A program made the translations under genes and the position numbers. A DNA stretch of 64,000 nucleotides from a bacterium. Its GTDB lineage: Bacteria > Desulfobacterota > DSWW01. Positions 28,114 through 37,777 of the stretch are shown here, piece by piece (the stretch's first letter is position 1; every line of letters begins with the position of its first letter). The DNA is taken from assembly GCA_040756235.1 (NCBI GenBank), contig JBFLZG010000006.1, positions 1 through 64,000 on the forward strand, read 5' to 3'. The notes under the pieces are model-generated. The model was not told where the DNA came from. It searched no databases and saw only the letters and a list, made by a program, of their open reading frames with translations.

Positions 28114-28254
28114 AGGTGTTCCAGCCTGATCTTGTGCCGGCACGCTTTCTTCTTGCTCCCATTCCAGAAAAGCGTTAGAAAAGCCGTAGCCCCTCGCGAG
28201 GGGCCGGCGGCCGGCAAGCGTTCCCAGCCACACCCGTGCACAAGGAGGGAAGTC

Positions 28255-30321
28255 ATGCCTCTGCGAAAGACCGCCGCTCGCCTGAGGAGCTGCATCCCCG
28301 CGGTGCTCGTCCTGTTTCTCGGCGCCTGCGGGGACGACGACGGCAGCACCGGGAGCTCGGCGGCTCAGGGCGAGCGGGTGAGCCGGCCCTTCGAGTACTC
28401 GGGCTACAGCTCGCCCGAATATTCGAGCTATGTGAAATCCTCTCAGTACGTGATCGTATCCGACGGGATCGAGCTGGCGGTGGACGTGTTCCTGCCGTCG
28501 GACGGAGCTGCGCGCTCTTCCTTTCCGGTCGTGTTCACTTACACTCCCTACAACCGCGGCATGATGGATCCGGCGACCGGGACCGTGGCCTATGACTTCG
28601 CGCTGACCTCGCTGGGGGAGCTTCTCCTGTCCCACGGGTATGCGCTGGTCGCAGCCGACATGCGGGGGACCGGGGCCTCCACGGGCCGGCAATGCCCCTT
28701 CTCGCCCGAGCTGGGCCGGGACGGCAAGGAGCTGGTCGACTGGATGGCCGCCCAGAGCTGGTGCGACGGGAACGTCGGGATGATCGGCGGATCGTACGTG
28801 GGCTGGAGCCAGTTCGCGACCGCCCGCAACCGGCCCGAGGCCCTGAAGTGCATCACGCCGGAGGTGATCCTGAGCGAGGGGTACACCGAAGGCTTCCGGC
28901 CGGGCGGGATCGCGGCGATCCGCTGGATCTCGAGCTACACGGCCCTGCTCCAGGCCTTCAACCTGAACATGCAGTACGCGGATTACGGGCTCCTGCCGGC
29001 CACTCCCGCCTACGACGAAGACGCCGACGGAGATCTGGCCGACGAGATTCCCCTCATGGACGAAGGGGACCCGTCGACCTTCCTGGACGACATCTTTATC
29101 CCCCCGCTGGGTCCCAGCTATCCCGACGGCGGCAGGCGCTACCAGCACAAGTACTTCAAGGCCACGCTCGATCACCTGTTCAACCCGACCTTCCAGAGCC
29201 TGGGCGACGAGATGCCGTACTTCGACAGCCATTACGTTCCGCCCTGGGGCGACCTCACCTACGTGGACGGCAGCCCGGGCTACATGCTGAACGAGATGCG
29301 CGGCTCCGGCATTGCGATCTACAACATCGGCCGGTGGTTCGATGCCTTCTGCAGGGGCGCGCCGATGAACTACGCCACGATCCGCACCGAGCTTTCGTCG
29401 AAGCTGATCGTGGGGCCGGGATTCCATCAGGGGCTTCCCGATGCCTACATCGATTACTTCTCCTACTCGGGCGACATCGAGCAGCAGAGCGACATCGAGC
29501 GCCTGCGCTTCTTCGACCGCTACCTGAAAGGGATCGAGAACGGCATCGACACCGAGCCCCCGGTTTATCTCTACGTCATGAACGACGGCTGGCGCGCCGA
29601 GGACGAGTGGCCGATCGCCCGGCAGATGACGACGCCCTTGTATCTCGACCAAGGGAACTGGCTGGCCCCGGCCGCAACGGCCGAGGGCGCCGACAACCAT
29701 GACGTGGACTTCACCCACCGGTCGAGCTACGGCTCCACGCTCTCGGACCGCTGGATCATGATCGGTTACCCGGATGCCGTGATGACCCGGACGGACAAGG
29801 ATGCCCAGTGTCTCGTCTACGAGACCGAGCCGCTGGGCGAGGATACGGAGGTGACCGGCTACGCGATCGCCGACCTCTGGGTCACCTCGAACCAGCGCTA
29901 CGGCGACTTCTTCGTGTACCTGTGTGACGTCGACCCGTCGGGCGAGTCGGTCTACGTCACCGAAGGCGAGCTCCGGGAAGGCTGGCATCGTCTCCAGCCG
30001 GACGACGACCGGGTGAACGGCGTGCTCGACATCCGCCCCGACCTGCCGTGGCACGGCTACAAGGAGGCCCAGTGGGTCGAGGGCGCGCTGGACGCGACGA
30101 CCCCGCTCAACCTGCGCTTCGACCTCGTCCCGGTCTCCTGGCTCTTCAAGGAGGGACATCGGATCCGGATCGCGATCGCCGGCTCCGACTACCCGAACTT
30201 CGAGCTGAATCCGGGGCTCGCCCCGAACGGGGATCCTGCCGAGCTCCCGGAAACGACGATCACGGTCCACCGCACGGCCGCCTATCCGTCCCGGATCGAG
30301 CTGCCGGTGATCCCGCGGTGA
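28255..30321 (+). CDS. CocE/NonD family hydrolase, predicted lipoprotein
   Basis: Signal peptide with lipobox LGAC, DGIELAVD, TPY, DMRGTGAS, GGSYVG; AAGGAGG RBS. Confidence 0.9.
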   Translation: MPLRKTAARLRSCIPAVLVLFLGACGDDDGSTGSSAAQGERVSRPFEYSGYSSPEYSSYVKSSQYVIVSDGIELAVDVFLPSDGAARSSFPVVFTYTPYNRGMMDPATGTVAYDFALTSLGELLLSHGYALVAADMRGTGASTGRQCPFSPELGRDGKELVDWMAAQSWCDGNVGMIGGSYVGWSQFATARNRPEALKCITPEVILSEGYTEGFRPGGIAAIRWISSYTALLQAFNLNMQYADYGLLPATPAYDEDADGDLADEIPLMDEGDPSTFLDDIFIPPLGPSYPDGGRRYQHKYFKATLDHLFNPTFQSLGDEMPYFDSHYVPPWGDLTYVDGSPGYMLNEMRGSGIAIYNIGRWFDAFCRGAPMNYATIRTELSSKLIVGPGFHQGLPDAYIDYFSYSGDIEQQSDIERLRFFDRYLKGIENGIDTEPPVYLYVMNDGWRAEDEWPIARQMTTPLYLDQGNWLAPAATAEGADNHDVDFTHRSSYGSTLSDRWIMIGYPDAVMTRTDKDAQCLVYETEPLGEDTEVTGYAIADLWVTSNQRYGDFFVYLCDVDPSGESVYVTEGELREGWHRLQPDDDRVNGVLDIRPDLPWHGYKEAQWVEGALDATTPLNLRFDLVPVSWLFKEGHRIRIAIAGSDYPNFELNPGLAPNGDPAELPETTITVHRTAAYPSRIELPVIPR

Positions 30322-30495
30322 AAAGTCGCCGCCAAGGACTCAGGTTCTAAGAGTAACGGCTGGATTCTGGCGTGGGAGTTCGGTTCCGGGAGCGGCCTTG
30401 GGGCAGGGATGCTGGCGAACGCTTGCACGAGGGACCAGGCACTCGCAGCCTCATGGTCTTGAACTTTCCCTTTGATGCGTTGGCCGGTGGCAAAA

Positions 30496-30524
30496 GACGT
30501 ACATTTGTGTTATTCATGTACGTC
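30496..30524. promoter_or_regulatory. Palindromic operator upstream of TA operon
   Basis: GACGTACAT-N11-ATGTACGTC, perfect 9-bp inverted repeat abutting the RBS. Confidence 0.7.
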
Positions 30525-30538
30525 AGGAGGTGGACCAT

Positions 30539-30787
30539 ATGGCAACAAAACTGACTCTACGGCTCGACGAAAACGTTATCCGTAATGCCAAGCGCGCAGC
30601 CCGGGCGCGGGGCGTCAGCCTGTCCGAAATGGTGTCCGGCTATTTTCAGGCCATCTCTGGGGAGAAAGCAGGCAAAGCAGAAGCACCGCCCGTTCTCGCG
30701 GAAATCTCCGGAGTACTCGGCCCGAAGGCCAATGCGAAAAAGCTCCTTGCAGGCTATCGTAAGCATGTCGAGGAGAAATATCGGTGA
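30539..30787 (+). CDS. Antitoxin, ribbon-helix-helix-like (DUF6364-like)
   Basis: TKLTLRLDENVI..AK..A..GVSLSEMV; GTGA overlap with PIN gene. Confidence 0.85.
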   Translation: MATKLTLRLDENVIRNAKRAARARGVSLSEMVSGYFQAISGEKAGKAEAPPVLAEISGVLGPKANAKKLLAGYRKHVEEKYR

Positions 30788-31209
30788 AGACCGTCCTGTG
30801 CGACATCAATTTCATCCTGGACATCTTCCTCAAGCGCGAGCCCTTTTATGCTTCCGCAGCACGGATATTCGCCATGATCGAGACCAAGCATTTGGGGGGG
30901 TGTTTGTGCGCGAACAGCTTCCCTACCCTCTTTTATATTCTGGCGAAGGAGCTGAAACGGGAAAAGGCGATGAAGATACTGGAGAAGGTCCGGATCGTCT
31001 TCCGCGTCGCGGCTGTGGACGAAAAGGTGATCGACCTTTCCCTTGCGTCCGATTTCAAGGATTTCGAGGATGCCGTGCAGTACTATTCAGCGGTCAACGC
31101 CAAGGCGGACTGTCTTATTACCAGGGACAAGAACGACTACGTGATCGACGCTATCCCGATCATGACGCCGGAGGAATTCCTCGCGGCTGCCTCCGGTGAG
31201 GTGAAGTGA
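30784..31209 (+). CDS. PIN-domain toxin
   Basis: VLCDINFILD, DFEDAVQYYSA, LITRDKNDY. Confidence 0.9.
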   Translation: MKTVLCDINFILDIFLKREPFYASAARIFAMIETKHLGGCLCANSFPTLFYILAKELKREKAMKILEKVRIVFRVAAVDEKVIDLSLASDFKDFEDAVQYYSAVNAKADCLITRDKNDYVIDAIPIMTPEEFLAAASGEVK

Positions 31210-31418
31210 TCATTTCTCGCCCGTTGCGGCAGGATGATGGCGCGCCTGTCCCCGCGAAACTCGCGAGCGAGCAGTGAGGCTCCGGCGGCTCAGCCGGCCA
31301 AAGAGCCGCGAGCGCGGCGATCCCCCTGTGCAGGATACTCCGGCAAACCTTTCTGTGCCGGGAGGTTGCAACGGGCCGCTTCGCGGCCTCGCAACATTCG
31401 CTGAGGGCGTTCGGCAAG

Positions 31419-32447
31419 TCAGTCGATCTTCAGGACCTTGGCGCCGCGGATCTTGCGTTCCTTGAGCTCCAGGAGCGCGCGGTTGGCTTCTTCGAGAGGG
31501 AAGGTCTCCACCTCCGGCCGCAGCGGCACGGCGGCGGCAAGCTCGAGAAATTCCCGGACGTCCCTGCGGGTGACGTTGGCCACGCTCTTGATCTCCTTCT
31601 CCAGCCACAGGTGCTCGGAGTAGTCGAGTCGGGCAAGGACCTCCTTGTCCCGGTCCTCCTTGCGGATCGCATTGATCACGAGCATGCCGCCGGGCTTGAG
31701 ATTGCGCAGGGCTTCGACCACCGGCTTCCAGGCAGGCGTCGTGTCGATCACGGCGTCGAGCCGCTCGGGTGAGGTCTCCTCCGTTTCGCCGGCCCAGACC
31801 GCGCCCAGCTCGAGCGCGAATTCCCGCTCCTTCGCGCTGCGGGCGAAGACGTAGGCCCGGACAGCCGGAAACTTGTGCCTGGCCGCCTTGAGCACGAGGT
31901 GCGCCGAGGCGCCGAATCCCGTGAAGCCCAGGGCCTGGCCGTCCTCCAGCCCGGCCAGTCTCAGAGAGCGATAGCCGACCGCGCCGGCGCACAGCAGGGG
32001 AGCCGCTTCGAGGTCCGAGAACACCCCTGGTATGGGGACGGCGAAATCCTCCGGCACCCTCATGAACTGGGCGTAGCCTCCGTTCGCGTCCCTGCCGGTG
32101 GCGCGGAAGCAGGCGCACAGGTTTTCGCTTCCTTTCAGGCAGTAAGAACACGACCCGCAGGCCGAGTAGATCCAGGCCACCCCGACCCGGTCGCCCCGGG
32201 CGAAGCGGCCCGCCCCCGGGCCGGTCTCCTCCACCCTGCCCACGACCTGGTGCCCGGGAACCATGGGGAGCACCGAGGGAGGCGTCCGCCCTTCGATCTC
32301 GTCCAGCTCCGTGTGGCAGACCCCACAGGCCGAGACGCGGATCAGGATCTCCTGCGGCCCCGGCCGCGGCACCGGCAGGTCGGCGAGCCTGAGAGGTCTC
32401 GGTCCTTCCTCGAGGTCCCTGATACGGTCGATGACCATGGCTTTCAC
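31419..32447 (-). CDS. Zinc-dependent alcohol dehydrogenase family protein
   Basis: CGVCHTE, PGHQVVG, CGSCSYC..ENLC, APLLCAG, GFGASAH; GTG start after GGAGG. Confidence 0.92.
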   Translation of the reverse strand: MKAMVIDRIRDLEEGPRPLRLADLPVPRPGPQEILIRVSACGVCHTELDEIEGRTPPSVLPMVPGHQVVGRVEETGPGAGRFARGDRVGVAWIYSACGSCSYCLKGSENLCACFRATGRDANGGYAQFMRVPEDFAVPIPGVFSDLEAAPLLCAGAVGYRSLRLAGLEDGQALGFTGFGASAHLVLKAARHKFPAVRAYVFARSAKEREFALELGAVWAGETEETSPERLDAVIDTTPAWKPVVEALRNLKPGGMLVINAIRKEDRDKEVLARLDYSEHLWLEKEIKSVANVTRRDVREFLELAAAVPLRPEVETFPLEEANRALLELKERKIRGAKVLKID

Positions 32448-32680
32448 TGCTCTTCGACCTCCCTCACGCTCATCTGCAAGGGTCACCCTCTCTCCCCGGC
32501 TGCTCGCTTCATTATTCCCCTGCCCGGTGCGGACCGCAATTGAGCACGCACTGAAGGGGCAGGTTTCAAACCTGCCCCAGGGTGCTGCCACCGGCACTCC
32601 GCAAGAGATCGGTTGACAGCGTTATATGAGCTGGTTGATGATTGAGATACACGCGTTACACTCTGGGAGGCCGCAACAAC

Positions 32681-33559
32681 ATGCCGAACGTCGAGCTCGT
32701 TCTCAAGAAAGACATCACGCTTTTCCGGCGCCTCGCCATCGGCACTTGGCGCACCGCTTACGACCCTTCCGTCTACGGCACCATGCAGCTCCGCATGGAT
32801 CGCGCGATGGAGTACATCGACGCCTACCGCGGAAAGACCGGCCTCCGCCTGACCGTCTCCCACCTGTTCGCCCGCGCCATGGCGGAAGTACTGAAGCGCA
32901 TCCCGGACGCCAACGCCATCCTGCGCTTCAACCGGATCTACCTGCGCAAGAGAATCGGGATCTTCTTCCAGGTGACGATGCGGGACGAAGAGACGGGCAA
33001 GCTCGATCTTTCGGGCACCACGCTGTACGACGTCGACAAGAAGACCCTGCCCGAGATCGTGTCCGAGATGGAGAAAAAGGTCATGGCCGTCCGCAAGGGC
33101 ACGGACGAGGCCCTGGAGAAGGGGCGCAAGGCGTTCCGTTTCGTGCCGCTCTTCCTCATGAATTTCATCGTCAAGCTCGTGGCCTTTCTCGGCTACACCC
33201 TGAACCTGGACTTGTCCAGGTTCGGCATCCAGAAGGACCCCTTCGGTTCGATCATGATCACCAACATCGGCGCCCTGGGGCTCGAGGCGGCCTACGTTCC
33301 TCTGATCCCGTACTCCCGGGTGCCTCTGCTGATGGCGATGGGCGCGGTCAAGGAAATCCCGCTGGTCGAGCACGGGAAGATCATCATCGCCAAGGTGATG
33401 GACATCAACGCCACGTTCGACCACCGGTTCTTCGAAGGCTCCCAGGCCGCTCTCATGGCAAGCGTGCTCCGGGCCTGGATGGAGGACCCGGTGAAGCATT
33501 TCGGTCCCATTCCGGAGAACGATGCAGCGGCTGCAAGCTCCCAGGCGGCACTTCAATAA
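32681..33559 (+). CDS. Stand-alone 2-oxo-acid dehydrogenase E2-type acyltransferase domain
   Basis: P.ANA, GSIMITNIG, TFDHRFFEG; no lipoyl domain. Confidence 0.82.
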   Translation: MPNVELVLKKDITLFRRLAIGTWRTAYDPSVYGTMQLRMDRAMEYIDAYRGKTGLRLTVSHLFARAMAEVLKRIPDANAILRFNRIYLRKRIGIFFQVTMRDEETGKLDLSGTTLYDVDKKTLPEIVSEMEKKVMAVRKGTDEALEKGRKAFRFVPLFLMNFIVKLVAFLGYTLNLDLSRFGIQKDPFGSIMITNIGALGLEAAYVPLIPYSRVPLLMAMGAVKEIPLVEHGKIIIAKVMDINATFDHRFFEGSQAALMASVLRAWMEDPVKHFGPIPENDAAAASSQAALQ

Positions 33560-35607
33560 CCCGGCCTGCGGTAGACCAGGATTTTCGGATTGTGAAAAGC
33601 GAACCTTCCCGCGGGTGATGCGAAGCTCGCCACGGGCGGCCGCGGCCCCCACTCTTTTTCCAGCGCCTCGTAGAACTCGACACCTTCCTTCAGCTCCCTG
33701 GACAGCTCTTCCGGCCCGAATTCGTACAACCGGTCGCTGAACAGCGAGGAAGTGACGAAGTAATCGACGCCGGGAGTGAGAAAGGTCGGCGCGCCTGCGG
33801 CTGCATTCCGAATCGGGGAGGGCGCGTTGAAGCTCAGCGGTCCGAACGCCCGCAGGTCGAAGCGCGCTCGGGTGTCCAGGGTGCGGACCTCAAAAGCAGG
33901 ACCCACGTCGGACAGCGGCGGACCGTAAGCGGTGCTCAGGACGCTCGCCCCGGCGGGGATGTTCCGGAGACACCAGGCGATGGCGAGGTCGCGCGTGTCC
34001 GGGACCATGTGGGCCACGATGTTCCGGGTTTCGAGGTACGCCCTTGCGCCGATCATGGCCGAAAGCCCTGTGGCAATCGATCCGATCAAGACGGTCGTCC
34101 TCAGCGTCCGGGTCGCTCGGCCCCAGAGCCGGAGCTGTGCGAGAAGCCAGATCGAGGCGACGGGCCACGCAACGGCGGCAAAGGGGAGCACGGGCACCAT
34201 GTAACGCTGATAGTTCGGGGGTGGCTTCAGGTAGGAGGCCTCGTGCACCCCGTAGAAGACGAGCGCAGCCAGGCAAAGGCTTCGAATGCCCGCGTCCTTG
34301 CGGCGCAAGGGCCAGAGAAAGAGCAGGGCCGCGATGGAAGCGGCTGCGGCGGGAGCGGTCATGCCCGGGATCAGACTCCGGCGCAGGTGGAAGGTCCAGC
34401 CGTGCCGCCACGGGCTGACACGGACTCCGCGGTGGCCGCTGATCACGCCGTGCCGCATCTCGTAGTCGAGCTCGCGGCCGAACCGGCCCGGATCCATGAG
34501 GATGAACGGGTTCGTGAGCAGGAACACCGCCGCCGCCAACGCAACGAGGCGGGCTCCCGGGGAGGTGCGGAAGCGGCGTTGTGCCCCGGGGTTCCGGGCC
34601 AACGCCCGTCTCCACCGGAGCACGGCGGCCGCGCTCGCGATGCCTGCGGCCGCGGCTACCGGGACGAGGGCATGGGGTGCGTGTTTCCTTACCACGAAGA
34701 AGGCCGTAATCGAAATCGCGAGCACGATAGAGGCGAGATTCCGCCCGCCGGCGGCAGACCGCAGCCATGCCCGGATACTCTCCCGATCGATCCGCTCTCT
34801 CCGGTGATGCAGGTGGGACAGATACAGGACCGGCAGGCAGATGATGCCTACGTACTTGGTCGAGACCGCGAGGCCTGCAGACAAAGCCGCCAGGATGTAG
34901 TCCCGGCGCCGTCCGTCGCGCGCCACCCGGGCTGAATACCATGCACTCAGGGTCACCCAGAAGGCGAGGGGCACGTCCTCCTTGATGTAGTGGCTGCATG
35001 CGACGTGCAAGGGGAGCACGGCCAGGATCGAAGCCGCCAGCACGCCTGCCAGGTCCGCCAGGAGCACTGCCCCACTCCGCTGGCTTCCGGATGTCTCCCG
35101 CTCGCCGCTTGCGGCCGGCCTCAACAACCTGCCTGCGACGTCCCGGGCGACGAAGAAGACGAGAAGGACCGTTGCGGTGCCGTACAGGGCGACGGCGGTG
35201 CGGCCCGCGACCTGGATGCTCACGAGGGAATCGCCCTGGGCCGGGCCCGCGAGCTCCCGCACCGCCAGGGCCAGCAGCGTCGAAAGGAGCAGCAGAAAGG
35301 GATGATGGAAGTAATCGAAGGCCGAGGGCCCGCCCCCGTGGAGCAGCCCGTCGATCGCCTTCACCTTGAGCGGCTCGTCGGGGTGATAGGCATGGGGCAG
35401 ACCGAAGCCGTTGTTTTCCACCCGCAGCCACAGCGCGCCGGCAAGGACCGCGACCAGGCAAATACACAGCAAGGCGCGGGTCGCGATGAAAACAGCCTCT
35501 TGCAGCAGCCGGGCGTGGGCGCCTGCGGCGGCGCGCGCAGTCTCCTCCGCGCACGCGCGCCGATCGGCCGCCCTCGGTCCCCAAAACCCCCGTATGGCTT
35601 CAGACAA
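33553..35607 (-). CDS. GT-C (PMT/ArnT-like) membrane glycosyltransferase (start uncertain)
   Basis: YHPDE loop, SHYIKED, AVSTKY, RYMVP, many TM segments. Confidence 0.8.
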   Translation of the reverse strand: MSEAIRGFWGPRAADRRACAEETARAAAGAHARLLQEAVFIATRALLCICLVAVLAGALWLRVENNGFGLPHAYHPDEPLKVKAIDGLLHGGGPSAFDYFHHPFLLLLSTLLALAVRELAGPAQGDSLVSIQVAGRTAVALYGTATVLLVFFVARDVAGRLLRPAASGERETSGSQRSGAVLLADLAGVLAASILAVLPLHVACSHYIKEDVPLAFWVTLSAWYSARVARDGRRRDYILAALSAGLAVSTKYVGIICLPVLYLSHLHHRRERIDRESIRAWLRSAAGGRNLASIVLAISITAFFVVRKHAPHALVPVAAAAGIASAAAVLRWRRALARNPGAQRRFRTSPGARLVALAAAVFLLTNPFILMDPGRFGRELDYEMRHGVISGHRGVRVSPWRHGWTFHLRRSLIPGMTAPAAAASIAALLFLWPLRRKDAGIRSLCLAALVFYGVHEASYLKPPPNYQRYMVPVLPFAAVAWPVASIWLLAQLRLWGRATRTLRTTVLIGSIATGLSAMIGARAYLETRNIVAHMVPDTRDLAIAWCLRNIPAGASVLSTAYGPPLSDVGPAFEVRTLDTRARFDLRAFGPLSFNAPSPIRNAAAGAPTFLTPGVDYFVTSSLFSDRLYEFGPEELSRELKEGVEFYEALEKEWGPRPPVASFASPAGRFAFHNPKILVYRRPGY

Positions 35608-35812
35608 GGACGTGCTCGGCTCCTGTCATGCGTGGGATAGGCAAGCGGAGTGATGACACGAAGGATGCCGTCTGCAGGTAAGAAGTCTCGCATCGGAGGA
35701 TAAAAGAGGATGTGCGTCCGGAGCGGGCAGCGGAGGAGCGTCAGATGCTATCGGCTGTCAGGGCATGACGGGCGCTCGCCGCAGGACTGCGGCTGCTTCC
35801 GGTTCGGGAGGG

Positions 35813-36598
35813 TCAGCCTGGCCGGGGCGTCAGCAGTCTGAGGAGTTGGGCGTGGATCCTGCCGTTGGACGCCACGACGCCCTTTCGGCCGGACGCGGCA
35901 GAGGATCCGGAAAAGCTCGTGGCCCGGCCTCCTGCCTCGCTCACGACCAGGAGACCCGCAGCCGCGTCCCAGGGCGCCAGCTCGAGGACCCAATAGCCGT
36001 CGATCCGCCCCGCAGCCACGTAGCACAGGTCGAGCGCCGCGGAGCCGGAGCGCCGCACGCTGCGGGCCTGCCGGATCAGGCGGGAGAATCGTCTGAGATT
36101 GGCATCGCGCGCCTCACGGATGTTTTTGGGGAACCCGGTTGCCAGCAGGCAGCGGATCAGCCGACCCTCACGGCTCACGCGGATGGCCTCTCCGTTGAGC
36201 AAGGCGCCGCCCCCGCGGACCGCCGTGAACAGCTCGTTGCGCACCGGATCGAGCACCACGCCGGCGACGGTCAGGCCCTTGTGGCGCAGAGCGATGGAGG
36301 TGCAGAAATGCGGGAAGCCGTGGGCGTAATTGGTGGTGCCGTCGAGCGGATCCACGATCCAGAGGAAGGGGGAGTCGGCCGGCGCGGACCTGGACTCTTC
36401 CAGGAGGAAACCGTGGTCCGGGAAGGCGCTCCGGATCTTCCGGACGATGGCCGACTCGCAGGCGCGGTCCACTTCCGTGACGAGGTCTGTCTCGCCCTTG
36501 AAGCCGATGGTGTGAGGCTTGCCCAGAGCCTCCATCTGGATCCCGGCGGCTTCCCGGGCCGCTTCAACGGCCAACTCGAGGCAGGATGCCACTTGCAT
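35813..36598 (-). CDS. suhB: Inositol monophosphatase family protein
   Basis: DLVTEVD, WIVDPLDGTTNY, GSAALDLCYVAAG, PWDAAAG. Confidence 0.92.
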   Translation of the reverse strand: MQVASCLELAVEAAREAAGIQMEALGKPHTIGFKGETDLVTEVDRACESAIVRKIRSAFPDHGFLLEESRSAPADSPFLWIVDPLDGTTNYAHGFPHFCTSIALRHKGLTVAGVVLDPVRNELFTAVRGGGALLNGEAIRVSREGRLIRCLLATGFPKNIREARDANLRRFSRLIRQARSVRRSGSAALDLCYVAAGRIDGYWVLELAPWDAAAGLLVVSEAGGRATSFSGSSAASGRKGVVASNGRIHAQLLRLLTPRPG

Positions 36599-36847
36599 CG
36601 TTCGGTTCTCTTCTTGTCCCCGCGTCCCGCAAAGCCGTTCTGCGCGGAACGGCCCGCCGACGAATCTTATCCGAAGGACTTGCTTCGGGCAAACGATCGA
36701 AATCGCAAGGCCGGAACTCGGCATCCAAAGTATAAAAGCATGTCTCGGGTGCGTTTCCGGGCCAGAGAAATCCCGGCGCCGGTGCCGTCGGCCGAACCCG
36801 GACCTTTGCGACCCAGGCCCGTCACTCTCGAGTAAGGATCAGGACCC

Positions 36848-37441
36848 ATGGCCATCCACAGGCAAGCCCTCGTCGGTATGGAATTCGTTCAACGCGTACT
36901 GGATTCGATGCCGCTGGTCATGTTTCTGGTGGATCAGGACTTCGTGATCGCCGACCTCAACGCCGCCGCAGCCGAGTTCGTGCGCACCAACAAGGAAGGC
37001 GTCCGGCAGCAGCGCGGCGGTACTGTCTTGGAGTGCCTCCACGCCGTCGAGGCCGACAGCGGATGCGGCCGATCGGAGTCCTGCAAGTCTTGCATCATAC
37101 ACGAAGCCGTACAGGCGGCCATCCGGGGACAGCGCGTCGAGAGGAAACACGCGAGACTCCTGAGCAGGAAGAACGGGGAGATACTGGAAGCGCACTATCT
37201 CGCGACCGCTTGCCCGTTCGTGCACGAAGGGAAACCGTTCGCGCTGCTCATGCTGGAGGACGTGAGCGATCTGATCCGGCTGCAGAGCTTCCTGCCGATT
37301 TGCGCCGGGTGCAAGAAAATCCGCGATCGACAAAACCGCTGGCACAATCTCGAATCCTACCTCGAGTCACGTATTGACGTGGAGTTCACCCACGGGATGT
37401 GCCCGGAGTGCCTGGAAAAGTGGTACCCCGGGGAAGAATGA
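36848..37441 (+). CDS. PAS protein with Cys-rich C-terminal domain
   Basis: PAS-like N-terminus with C..H...CG...C..C; LPICAGCKKIRD..FTHGMCPEC tail. Confidence 0.85.
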   Translation: MAIHRQALVGMEFVQRVLDSMPLVMFLVDQDFVIADLNAAAAEFVRTNKEGVRQQRGGTVLECLHAVEADSGCGRSESCKSCIIHEAVQAAIRGQRVERKHARLLSRKNGEILEAHYLATACPFVHEGKPFALLMLEDVSDLIRLQSFLPICAGCKKIRDRQNRWHNLESYLESRIDVEFTHGMCPECLEKWYPGEE

Positions 37442-37453
37442 TGCAGCGGACGA

Positions 37454-37746
37454 CATTCCCGCGCAAGAGGCTGTGTCACAACCCGGACACCCCATGTGAC
37501 CGCTTGTTTCCAAGGACCCTGCGGCGGCTAATGATTTCCGTCATTCCGGCGAAGGAGGCCGTGTCATGAGCCGGTCCAACCCTCATGCGGCCACTCATTC
37601 CGGAGGACTCACCGGCCACGGCCACATGCTTTCCGTCATTCCGGCGAAGGCCGGAATCCAGTCCCTGCACCCAGTCCTACAGCCGGTCCGGGTGCACCCT
37701 TATGGATCCCGGCTCACACGCGCTCCGCACATGAGCCGGGATGACG
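37454..37746 (+). repeat. Nested CGTC-type REP cluster
   Basis: Two half-hairpins joined to GAGGCYGTGTC ends, accessory module 37566-37611, full doublet 37634-37746. Confidence 0.85.
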
Positions 37747-37777
37747 AATGAGAACACCGGGCCGGGAATGACGGCCC

